Shown piece after piece: positions 7,981-15,603 of a stretch of DNA of 15,603 bases. The translations under genes were made by a program, and so were the position numbers. The DNA is from Candidatus Velthaea sp. Lineage in GTDB: Bacteria; Vulcanimicrobiota; Vulcanimicrobiia; Vulcanimicrobiales; Vulcanimicrobiaceae. How positions within the stretch are numbered: the stretch's first letter is position 1; each line of letters opens with the position of its first letter. The stretch spans positions 1-15,603 of the forward strand of contig JBEKHC010000110.1 in assembly GCA_050012475.1 (NCBI GenBank), written 5' to 3'. The notes under the pieces were generated by a model. It was not told the origin of the DNA, did not search any database, and worked only from the letters and a program-made list of their open reading frames with translations.

Positions 7981-7998
7981 GGAGCATCCCTATGCCGG
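7971..7998. terminator. Inverted repeat between convergent genes; possible bidirectional terminator or 3' stabilising hairpin
   Basis: ATAGGGA(7977-7983)-GCA-TCCCTAT(7987-7993) perfect 7-bp stem, extendable by CCGG/CCGG with one bulge and one G-U pair. No U-tract on either strand. Confidence 0.45.
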
Positions 7999-8889
7999 GA
8001 CGCGGGCGAAGGCCATGAGTTCGCCGATGTTGATCGAGATCGGTGCGTTGGTGATGTTGCTGGGGATCATGCGCGCCGCGGTGCGGTAGGCGCGTACGGG
8101 AAGCGGAAGGTACATTTCCACCTGTCCGGCGAGATAGTCGGCCGTGAGCGTTTTGCGCGCAACGGTGATGCGGACATCGGTGAGGCCGGCTCGGGTAAGT
8201 GCGAGCAGCAGCGAGCGGCGTGAGAAAAGCACGGTGTGCTGCATCGGCTGCAGCATCGGCCACTTCGAGCGCAACAGGTAACGCAAGAAATGACCGGTGT
8301 CCGGCGTCGTCACGACGACGGTCGCTTCGGGTGCCGCGACCGAACGCAGACTCTGCAAGAATCCGATTGGGTCGAACGTGTGTTCGATGATATCGAATGC
8401 GGTGACCACCGCATAGGGCGCTTCGCCGCGGGCGGTGAGTGCGTTGACGTCACCCAACGTGAGCCGCTCGCGCAGGTGCGCCGGGGCACTGGCGATCGCT
8501 TCGGCCGACAACTCGAGCCCGTAGGCATCGAACCCGGCTTTGATCGCTTCGTCGATGAAGTAACCGCACGAGGCGCCGACGTCGAGCAGGCGTCCCATGC
8601 CGCTCGACGCCCGGATCTTCGCCGCCCGGCGTGAGAACGTCAGCGATTTGAGCGCTGCGGCGTTGACATAGTCAGCGTACACCCCGGACGCGTATTGGGC
8701 GTTGACGTAGTCGCGCATCTGCTCGAGCGTCGGCATCGGTGCCTGGAAAAGCGTCGCGCAGACCGGGCAATCATAATAGGTGGCCGGAGGCAGCGTGCAA
8801 GAGCGCCGGCCGGGGCCGCCGCAAATCGGACAGGCGGCCTGCGGAGCCGGGTCGTTAGGCCGTGACGTCAAGGCGCTGAGAGTCTGCAT
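7990..8889 (-). CDS. Class I SAM-dependent methyltransferase with N-terminal CxxC...CxxC zinc ribbon
   Basis: CPIC...CPVC, LLDVGASCGYF (motif I), GLELS, TAFDIIEHTFDP, VVTTP. Start uncertain; overlaps the upstream SDR by 35 nt. Confidence 0.88.
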   Translation of the reverse strand: MQTLSALTSRPNDPAPQAACPICGGPGRRSCTLPPATYYDCPVCATLFQAPMPTLEQMRDYVNAQYASGVYADYVNAAALKSLTFSRRAAKIRASSGMGRLLDVGASCGYFIDEAIKAGFDAYGLELSAEAIASAPAHLRERLTLGDVNALTARGEAPYAVVTAFDIIEHTFDPIGFLQSLRSVAAPEATVVVTTPDTGHFLRYLLRSKWPMLQPMQHTVLFSRRSLLLALTRAGLTDVRITVARKTLTADYLAGQVEMYLPLPVRAYRTAARMIPSNITNAPISINIGELMAFARVPA

Positions 8890-9682
8890 ACAGTCGTTCG
8901 ATTCTTTTCTCGAGAATGCGGTCGAAGAGCGGGTTCATCACGAAGGGTGCCGCCTCATAGAGCCACGCGGCGAGCCCCAGCGTCCGCGGGATGTAGCACA
9001 CCGGTCGACCGCGTTCGAGAGCGCGGATCGTCTCGGCAGCCACTCGCGTAATTGGAACGCTATTACGCGTTTCCGGGCCGCGCGTCCGCTCGACGAATGT
9101 CGGATGCGCGAAGAACGGCGTCTCAACGCGCCCCGGACAGATCGCCGTCACGCTGATACCGAATCGGCGCAATTCGTGCCGGAGCGCCGCCGCGAGGCCC
9201 ATCATCCCGTGCTTTGCGGCACAGTAGGTTGCGTTTGGCGTGATCGGGATCCGCCCGGCAATCGACGCCATGAAACCGATCGCGCCGCCGCGCCGCGCGA
9301 TCATCGGCGGCAGCAATAATTTTGTCAGCCCGACGTGCCCGGTAAAATTAACGGCGAGCAGCCGGTCGATTTCATCGGGGTCGCTTGCCTCGAAGGCACG
9401 ATAGACGCCGAAGCCCGCGTTGTTGATGAGCACGTCCGGAGCGCCCTCGCGCAGCACATCGGCGGCCAGCCGTTTCACGGCCTCACGGTCTCCGATGTCG
9501 GCAACGAAGCCGGAAACCGCTGCCGCATGCCGTTTGAGATCGGCCAACGCGGATTCGACGTTCTGCTCGTCGTGGCCGACGATGGCGACCTCATTTTCAC
9601 GGTGCAAAAGCGCCGCAGCAATTGCTTTCCCGATTCCGCTCGAACCGCCGGTAATCACAATTCGTTTGCCGCGCAGGATCAC
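8855..9682 (-). CDS. Classical short-chain dehydrogenase/reductase, 275 aa
   Basis: ITGGSSGIG, LINNAG, ASIAG, YCAAK, ICPG. Start moved to GTG9682 (VILRGKRIVITG) with GGATGGA upstream; this removes the overlap with the divergent GT2 gene. Confidence 0.9.
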   Translation of the reverse strand: MILRGKRIVITGGSSGIGKAIAAALLHRENEVAIVGHDEQNVESALADLKRHAAAVSGFVADIGDREAVKRLAADVLREGAPDVLINNAGFGVYRAFEASDPDEIDRLLAVNFTGHVGLTKLLLPPMIARRGGAIGFMASIAGRIPITPNATYCAAKHGMMGLAAALRHELRRFGISVTAICPGRVETPFFAHPTFVERTRGPETRNSVPITRVAAETIRALERGRPVCYIPRTLGLAAWLYEAAPFVMNPLFDRILEKRIERLYADSQRLDVTA

Positions 9683-9762
9683 GCCGTTCCATCCACGCGG
9701 CCGTAGATTCTCAACCGCACAACCATGTCCCCTCACCCTTGACGCAAACGAGGACAATCACT

Positions 9763-11316
9763 TTGGATGCGAAAAGTGCGCAAGCTGCGATGCATCAGTC
9801 AGTAATCGAATCGTCGCCGAGAACGCTCATCCGCTGTCCGCTTTGCACTGCCGATCGTCTCGAATACGAGTTTAACCTCGCGACCGTTCCCGTTTCGCGG
9901 TGCGCCGACTGCTTGCTGCTGTTTCTCAATCCGCAGCCCGCGGCGCTGGAGGGCGCGCCGCCGGCGTGCGTCGATCTCACGGCGCTCGTCCGGCGCGACG
10001 TCGAACGTTTGCGCCAAGTTGCTCACCTCGGCAGCGCGGACGCCATCCTCGTGGTCGTCCCGTGGCTTCCCAGCGACGCCGCGGACGTCGGGGCGCGCGT
10101 CGTCACCGAGCAGCAAATGCTCGACGGCGCGGTGGCGCACGAGACGTTCGACGCCTGCGCGTTCGTTCACGCACTGGAACGCTCGCGCGATCCGCAATCG
10201 GCGCTGGCCGTCGGGCTCGAACGGTTGCGCCCGGGCGGCTCGGTTTCGGCCACGTGCACGTCGATCGACAGCCCGGCGGCGCGCTACTTCGGTGCCCGCT
10301 GGTGGGGCTTCGAGCCGTCGACGCGCTTCTATTTCGGCGTCAACACGCTGCAGAATTGTATGGCCCGCGCCGGCTTGGGCGAGTTCATGGTCTTTCACGA
10401 GAACGATCCCGAACGGCTGCATCCCAGCGCGCCGCTCATCGTCCGCGGGCTCAAGATACTGGGCCTGCGGCGCGCCGCAGCGCACCACCGGTATGGGAAA
10501 CGGCTTTTGGCGAGCGAACTGACGATCGTCGGCAAGCGCGTCGACCGGAACGCCTCTCCCAAGTTGTCCGTCATCGTTCCGGTGTATAACGAGCGCCGAA
10601 CGTTCAACGAACTCATCGAACGCGTTCTCGAGAAAACGATCGACGGTATCGATATCGAGATCATCATCGTCGAAAGCAATTCGACCGATGGCACGCGTGA
10701 CGACGTCATCGCCCTTGCCGATCATCCGCGCGTTCGGATCCTTCTGCAAGATCGCGCCCAAGGCAAGGGCAACGCGGTACGAGCGGGCCTCATGCACGCC
10801 AGCGGTGATATCGTGCTGTTTCAGGACGCCGATCTGGAATACGATGTCGGCGACTACGACCAGCTGGTGCGGCCGATTGCCGAATTCAAGCAAAATTTCG
10901 TCATTGGCTCGCGGCACAACAGCTTGGGCTCGAGCTGGAAAGTCCGCGACTTCAATAAAGCACCGATCCTTTCGCAGGTCTTCAATCTCGGCCATTTGAT
11001 CTTTCTGGGTCTGCTCAACTCCATGTATGGTCAGAAACTGGCCGATCCGTTCAGTATGTTCAAGGTTTTCCGGCGCGATTGCCTGGCGGGCCTGACCTTC
11101 GAGTGCAACCGCTTCGACTTCGATTTCGAGATCGTCATCAAATTGTTGCGCAAGGGCTACCGGCCGATTGAGATCCCGGTGAACTATCACTCGCGTTCGA
11201 TCAGCGAAGGCAAGAAAGTCACCATGATCCGCGATCCTCTTACGTGGATTCGTGCGCTGATCAAATACCGCAATACCGAGTTATATGCGTCGACGAATCT
11301 AACCCCGCGACCATGA
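9763..11316 (+). CDS. Fusion: zinc ribbon + degenerate methyltransferase-like domain + family 2 glycosyltransferase (DPM1-like, probable polyprenol-phosphate glycosyltransferase)
   Basis: GT2 from 10561: KLSVIVPVYNE, IIVESNSTDGT, GKGNAVRAG, FQDADLEYD (DxD), VIGSR, FDFDFEI. N-terminus CPLC...CADC and FDAC...LERSRDP...LRPGG. Start TTG9763 chosen for GAGGA at 9750-9754; ATG9790 is an alternative. Confidence 0.88.
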   Translation: MDAKSAQAAMHQSVIESSPRTLIRCPLCTADRLEYEFNLATVPVSRCADCLLLFLNPQPAALEGAPPACVDLTALVRRDVERLRQVAHLGSADAILVVVPWLPSDAADVGARVVTEQQMLDGAVAHETFDACAFVHALERSRDPQSALAVGLERLRPGGSVSATCTSIDSPAARYFGARWWGFEPSTRFYFGVNTLQNCMARAGLGEFMVFHENDPERLHPSAPLIVRGLKILGLRRAAAHHRYGKRLLASELTIVGKRVDRNASPKLSVIVPVYNERRTFNELIERVLEKTIDGIDIEIIIVESNSTDGTRDDVIALADHPRVRILLQDRAQGKGNAVRAGLMHASGDIVLFQDADLEYDVGDYDQLVRPIAEFKQNFVIGSRHNSLGSSWKVRDFNKAPILSQVFNLGHLIFLGLLNSMYGQKLADPFSMFKVFRRDCLAGLTFECNRFDFDFEIVIKLLRKGYRPIEIPVNYHSRSISEGKKVTMIRDPLTWIRALIKYRNTELYASTNLTPRP

Positions 11317-14288
11317 CGCTCCCCGTTCGGCTCGTGCGTTCCGCGAGCGGGGACGTTTTCGCTGCTGCTCTCGTGCTCGCTTTGCTGCTCAACGTCACGT
11401 TTTTCCCCTACCTTTGGTTGGGGAAGACATTGCTCAGCAGTGCCGCCGATGCGCCGAGCATCTACGATCGCGGAGCCGAACCGAGCCCAATGGTCGGCGA
11501 TCGTGCGCCCAAACTCATCGATTATGGTGCGCCCGCATGGCAGACAGAACCCGATTTCGCGCAGATTCATCGTCAGATTTTTGACGAAAAGCACCTGCCG
11601 CTTTGGAACCCCTCGATCGGTTACGGCCAGCCGTTAGCTGCCGACCTGCAGGCTCAGCCGTTTTTCCCGCTTTCGATCATCGCGTTCTGGCACCCATCGC
11701 CGGCAGCCTACAACTGGTGGTGCGTCGCGCGGCTCTTTGTCGCAGGGCTCGGCGCCTTCTGCTTTTTGCGGCTCTTTACGAGCTTTTGGCCTGGGCTCGC
11801 CGCCGGCATATCGATGATGTTCGCCGGTTACTATCTGCTCTATTACGATATTCCGCATCTAAGCGTAGAAACGCTCATCCCTTGGCTGTTCTACGTCAAC
11901 GAACGCATCGTCCGCGCGCCCCGGTTCTCGAATATCTGTTGGGCGGCCGGCGCAAACGTCTTGGTGTATTTGGGCGGAATGCCCGAGTCGGCGCTCCTTG
12001 CGCTCGGCTTCGCCTACCTCTACGCGGTGTATCGCGTGGTGACGTATCGAGCGCTTCGACCGCGCGCCCTGCGGGTAGGGGCAGGATTGGTGATCGAGGC
12101 CGTTGCGGGGGTCGGAGCATCGGCTTTCTTGCTGCTGCCGTTTATGGAATACGTGCGCGTCGCGCTGGATCAGCACCGGCCGGAAAATATCGGCGGGGTC
12201 ATTACCGGTGCGTTGCCCGACTACGGGAGTCTCTATCAGCTTCTCACGTACATCGTTCCGCTGATCTTCGGACCGCCATGGGGCAATGTTACAACGAACC
12301 TCAGCGGTTTTTCCGGGGCCCGCGGATTTTTCGGCATTGCGGGGTTGTTTCTCGCACTCGTCGCCATTTTCGGCGCCGCCGGCGATCGATCTCGCCGCCA
12401 ATATGCGTGGACCGGGCTGGTGCCGTTTTTTGCCGTCGCCGCTTGTTTTTTCGTCCTCAAGCGATTCGGTAGTCCGCTGGTCAACTGGGTCGGCTATCTG
12501 CCCGGCTTCTCACTCGTCCTATTCGTCAAGTATGAAGAACCGTTGCTGGCTTTTGCCGTAGCCGCAATGGTTGGATTCGGCTGCGCGCGCATTGCCGACG
12601 CCCGCCCGTCCGGAATCATTCGGTGGTGGTCGGCAGTCGTCGCTCTGGGGTGCTTGACTGCGACGTACGCGGTTGTCAGAGTGCTGGTGACGCCGGCGAT
12701 GGTTGGTCGCGGGTACACGATTTACAGTCTAATTTTTGCGATCGGCATCCTGGGTTTGATGGTGCTCGCGGCTGCAGCGCTGGGAACGGCGCGCTCCCGA
12801 CTGCGGCGAGCAGGCGCGTCGGTCGCCATCGTCGCGGTCGTCGCAATCGAAGCCATTGGCGACTTTCTCGTTCCGATGCATTATATGGTCGAACAACCGC
12901 CGTCGAGCGCTCGCAATCCGTATCGCGGCGCGCCGTTCGTAACCTACCTCGAGTCGGCAACGCGGCACGGTTACGAGCGCGTGCTCGGTCAAGACGATCT
13001 GCTCTATCCCAATTGGGCCGGGGCGTTCGCTCTTTACGACGTGCGGGATCTCGATGCAATGTACGAACAGCACTACCTGCCCTTCGTACGTGCTTTTCTG
13101 GCCGCAAATCCCGAGGATCCGCTCTTCAAGGACCGCTTCACGCAAGCGCCGCAATTGGAAACACCGCCGCAGCGTCGGTTTTTGGCGTTGTCATCGGTAC
13201 GCTATATCATCACGACGCAAGGCCTCGATCTGAGCGACTCCTTCTTCGGTCCGGCTCATTCCCAGAACGTCGCCAGCCTGCCGGCGGAAAAGAAGCCTTC
13301 GTTGGCGTTGAAGCGTTACGCGATCGCAGGCGTCGAGCGCGAAGGACTACTCGAGCACCCGCCCTTCGAGCGCCTACCGATGCACATCGTCATCCCGCGC
13401 GATGCAAAAGGTTTGAATTTCGGAATCGGCATGGATCCCGCCGTCTACGCGCCCGGTGTGAACATCTGCGGCGCAGGAGCCGAATTCCGCCTGGAGATCC
13501 GCGATGCCGGCGGCCGCATCACGCCGCTCTTTCGGCGTTACATCGATCCCAAGCACATCGTCGGCGAACGGCACTGGATCGACCAGACCGTTCCGGTCGC
13601 TCCCTGGGCCGGGCAACCCGTCGACATCCTGTTGTCCACAGCTCCGGGCCCGCAAGGCAACACCTGTGCCGATTGGGCTGTATGGGGCGGCGGCCGCTTC
13701 GTTCCGCAGCAGCCAGCAACGCGAGCGCACTCCGACTTCGAGCTGGTTTTTCGCGACGGCAAGGTGCTCGTCTATCGCTTTGACGGCGCGCTTCCCCGCA
13801 TCGGTATTTACGACAACGTCAAGACGACCGCGACGGCAGAGGCTGCTTTGGCGGCTCTAACCGCACCGGGCTTCAACGTGTCGAGCACGGTCGTCATCAC
13901 GCCCGACGGGCCGCAAGCCTCGCGTGAGGTCGCCGCCGTGGACGGTGCTCCCGCTGCCGTTCGCGCGGGAACATTGCTGGCGTACGACGCGCAAGATGTG
14001 AAAGCACGGGTCGTTCTTTCGCGCACGGGCGTCGTCGTTCTCAACGACACGTACTATCCGGGTTGGCGGGCTTACGTGGACGGCAAGCAGACAACGCTTT
14101 TGCGCGCCGATGCGCTCTTTCGAGGCGTCGTCGTCGGCCCGGGCGAGCATCTCGTCGAATTCAGATATGAACCCCAGTCGTTTGTGGCGGGGGTCGCGAT
14201 CACGTCGGCGACGATCGCTTCCGGAATCGCGGCAGCGTTCTTTTTGCGGATGCGCCGTCGCCGGGTGCCGCTTCAAAAAGCGGCGTGA
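11313..14288 (+). CDS. YfhO-family polytopic membrane protein (GT-C-type, lipid-phosphate-sugar-dependent glycosyltransferase), 991 aa
   Basis: LPLWNPSIGYGQP N-terminal loop, many hydrophobic segments in the first ~520 aa, C-terminal VLNDTYYPGWRAYVDG...FRGVVVGPGEHLVEFRYEP plus final TM helix; ATG11313 overlaps the GT2 stop (ATGA). Confidence 0.87.
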   Translation: MTLPVRLVRSASGDVFAAALVLALLLNVTFFPYLWLGKTLLSSAADAPSIYDRGAEPSPMVGDRAPKLIDYGAPAWQTEPDFAQIHRQIFDEKHLPLWNPSIGYGQPLAADLQAQPFFPLSIIAFWHPSPAAYNWWCVARLFVAGLGAFCFLRLFTSFWPGLAAGISMMFAGYYLLYYDIPHLSVETLIPWLFYVNERIVRAPRFSNICWAAGANVLVYLGGMPESALLALGFAYLYAVYRVVTYRALRPRALRVGAGLVIEAVAGVGASAFLLLPFMEYVRVALDQHRPENIGGVITGALPDYGSLYQLLTYIVPLIFGPPWGNVTTNLSGFSGARGFFGIAGLFLALVAIFGAAGDRSRRQYAWTGLVPFFAVAACFFVLKRFGSPLVNWVGYLPGFSLVLFVKYEEPLLAFAVAAMVGFGCARIADARPSGIIRWWSAVVALGCLTATYAVVRVLVTPAMVGRGYTIYSLIFAIGILGLMVLAAAALGTARSRLRRAGASVAIVAVVAIEAIGDFLVPMHYMVEQPPSSARNPYRGAPFVTYLESATRHGYERVLGQDDLLYPNWAGAFALYDVRDLDAMYEQHYLPFVRAFLAANPEDPLFKDRFTQAPQLETPPQRRFLALSSVRYIITTQGLDLSDSFFGPAHSQNVASLPAEKKPSLALKRYAIAGVEREGLLEHPPFERLPMHIVIPRDAKGLNFGIGMDPAVYAPGVNICGAGAEFRLEIRDAGGRITPLFRRYIDPKHIVGERHWIDQTVPVAPWAGQPVDILLSTAPGPQGNTCADWAVWGGGRFVPQQPATRAHSDFELVFRDGKVLVYRFDGALPRIGIYDNVKTTATAEAALAALTAPGFNVSSTVVITPDGPQASREVAAVDGAPAAVRAGTLLAYDAQDVKARVVLSRTGVVVLNDTYYPGWRAYVDGKQTTLLRADALFRGVVVGPGEHLVEFRYEPQSFVAGVAITSATIASGIAAAFFLRMRRRRVPLQKAA

Positions 14289-15508
14289 TTCCCGACGATA
14301 AGGTCGCATCCGGTGTCGGCGCGTCCGGTGAAGCGTTGGGAAGCGTCCCGAGCGCAGGCGAAGAGGCGGTACCTTCCCGGCGGCAGATCGCCGGCGCAGA
14401 GGTTCGCTCCGAACGTGATCTCTTTGGAGTCGGCGCTTGGGAAACACCAGGCCGGGATCGGGATCTCCTCGCCGGCTTCGGAGCGCGCGACGAGCGAGAC
14501 CGATCGGCTCACCGGACTCGAACGGCAGATCGTTCCGGTTATCGAAGTGACCGGCGCGCCTTCGCGCAAAACGAGCCGTTCGATCCGGGTTCCGTAGCGG
14601 TCGTAAATGACGGACGTTCCGCCGTCGACGAGTTTCCCGAGCCATTCCGGCGGCGAGGACACATGTTCGGCGCTCATGATGACGAGTCGTTGCGGCTCGC
14701 CGAGTGCGACCCAACGATCGTCACCCGTTAGACCGGCGATGCGCAAAGCGTGCAGGCCGGGTTCGGCAGCATACAGCCGGGTCCGGAGGTGAAAACCTGC
14801 GTCCCGCCTTCGATCAGTGGCTCCGAAGTCAGTTCGTTGGGCACCGGTCCAGCCCAAATTCCATGCTGAATCGTCAACTTGCGCTGCAACGCGAAGGAGC
14901 GGAGCCGACCGATCGTCGAGTGCCCATCCGCTTACTTCTAAGACGCCGTTCACCGGCACGTACGGAACCGCGTCCAGCGCACACGAATGCGCCGGACTCA
15001 TGACCGCAAAGTGCGGAAGCGATGACGCCGGCAACGTGTCGTGAACGAAAAAGCGGACGATCCCGGGCACGCGCGCGTGCGCGGCTCCGCGTCGCCCAAC
15101 GACTGCCCAAATCCTCAACTCGTGGCGCCCAACCGCGAGTGAACCCGTGTCGATCGTCGCGCAGAAGCCGCTGGACAAAGCGCGTGCGCCGTAGCTTTTC
15201 TCCACATCGGGCCGGTCTAAGCGCAACTTGATTCGAGCCCCCACGCGTTGACCATCGACGTCGACGAAAAGATCCCAAGGCAGCCGCTCGCAGTTGCGCT
15301 CAATTGCCCATCCGCTCACGGCGTAACGGCCGCCGCGCCGGACGTCGTGAGTCGAACCGTTCTGCGCATTGGATGCACGATCGCCGACAGCTCGTTGGCT
15401 GTCGATGCTTCCCAGCGTTTGCGCTGGCGACCTTCGTCGATGCGCAACGAAACGAATGATTGTCTGCCGGCAATTCAACAGCCCAAGCTTCGGTTTCGCG
15501 AGAAACAT
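14273..15508 (-). CDS. Hypothetical protein with about three repeated beta-sandwich (Ig-like) domains
   Basis: 411-aa ORF with recurring VSGWA...VD(G/D)...R(P/T)D...GF...GxHxLRI units and a weaker third unit ending DLPPGRYRLFACA. Overlaps the 3' end of the YfhO gene by 16 nt. Start uncertain. Confidence 0.7.
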   Translation of the reverse strand: MFLAKPKLGLLNCRQTIIRFVAHRRRSPAQTLGSIDSQRAVGDRASNAQNGSTHDVRRGGRYAVSGWAIERNCERLPWDLFVDVDGQRVGARIKLRLDRPDVEKSYGARALSSGFCATIDTGSLAVGRHELRIWAVVGRRGAAHARVPGIVRFFVHDTLPASSLPHFAVMSPAHSCALDAVPYVPVNGVLEVSGWALDDRSAPLLRVAAQVDDSAWNLGWTGAQRTDFGATDRRRDAGFHLRTRLYAAEPGLHALRIAGLTGDDRWVALGEPQRLVIMSAEHVSSPPEWLGKLVDGGTSVIYDRYGTRIERLVLREGAPVTSITGTICRSSPVSRSVSLVARSEAGEEIPIPAWCFPSADSKEITFGANLCAGDLPPGRYRLFACARDASQRFTGRADTGCDLIVGNHAAF

Positions 15509-15603
15509 GCTCTAACGGTCGACACCGATTTTGCGCATTCCTACGAAACTGGTTCGAATCGCGGCGTCGTCATGAGCGTCCTGACGAGTCGGGGGAGAGG
15601 ACT

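Noticed and set aside
9683..9762. Sigma70 promoter calls in the divergent gap (TAGATT 9704, TTGACG 9739, minus-strand GAGAAT)
   Set aside because: No correctly spaced -35/-10 pair found; promoters are likely here but cannot be placed.
15549..15565. GGTTCGAATC resembling a tRNA T-loop
   Set aside because: Flanks ACTGG and CGCGG do not form a T-stem, and no cloverleaf or CCA is present.
15585..15603. Minus-strand AGTCCTCTCCCCCGAC resembling a tRNA-Pro 3' end
   Set aside because: Acceptor strand is one base short of the tRNA-Pro register, there is no CCA, and the rest would lie outside the window.
1..15603. CRISPR arrays, IS elements, integrases, rRNA, tandem DNA repeats
   Set aside because: None seen; the window is almost entirely enzyme-coding with very short intergenic gaps.

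Overview
High-GC bacterial cell-surface glycan locus. A nine-gene, translationally coupled + strand operon (322-7980) encodes an NAD-dependent epimerase, a UDP-glucose/GDP-mannose dehydrogenase homologue with its catalytic Cys replaced by Thr, an SDR, a Gfo/Idh/MocA oxidoreductase, an HddA-type kinase, an HddC-type nucleotidyltransferase, a divergent GmhA-like SIS isomerase, a GmhB-type phosphatase and a dedicated transaldolase. By family this matches the eight-carbon sugar (GDP-octose) branch of lincosamide biosynthesis (LmbR/N/P/K/O/M/L/Z), with an SDR in place of the aminotransferase. Here it sits beside a polyprenol-phosphate-type glycosylation module: a DPM1-like GT2 fused to a degenerate methyltransferase domain, and a large YfhO-like GT-C membrane protein. 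Also present are a second SDR, a standalone SAM methyltransferase, a protein with repeated beta-sandwich domains, and the 5' end of another methyltransferase at the left edge that the ORF track missed. Best hypothesis (inference): a pathway making a rare higher-carbon sugar (octose or modified heptose, possibly deoxygenated and O-methylated) and attaching it to the cell envelope. No RNA genes, mobile elements or CRISPR arrays were found. All family assignments come from motifs read by eye.
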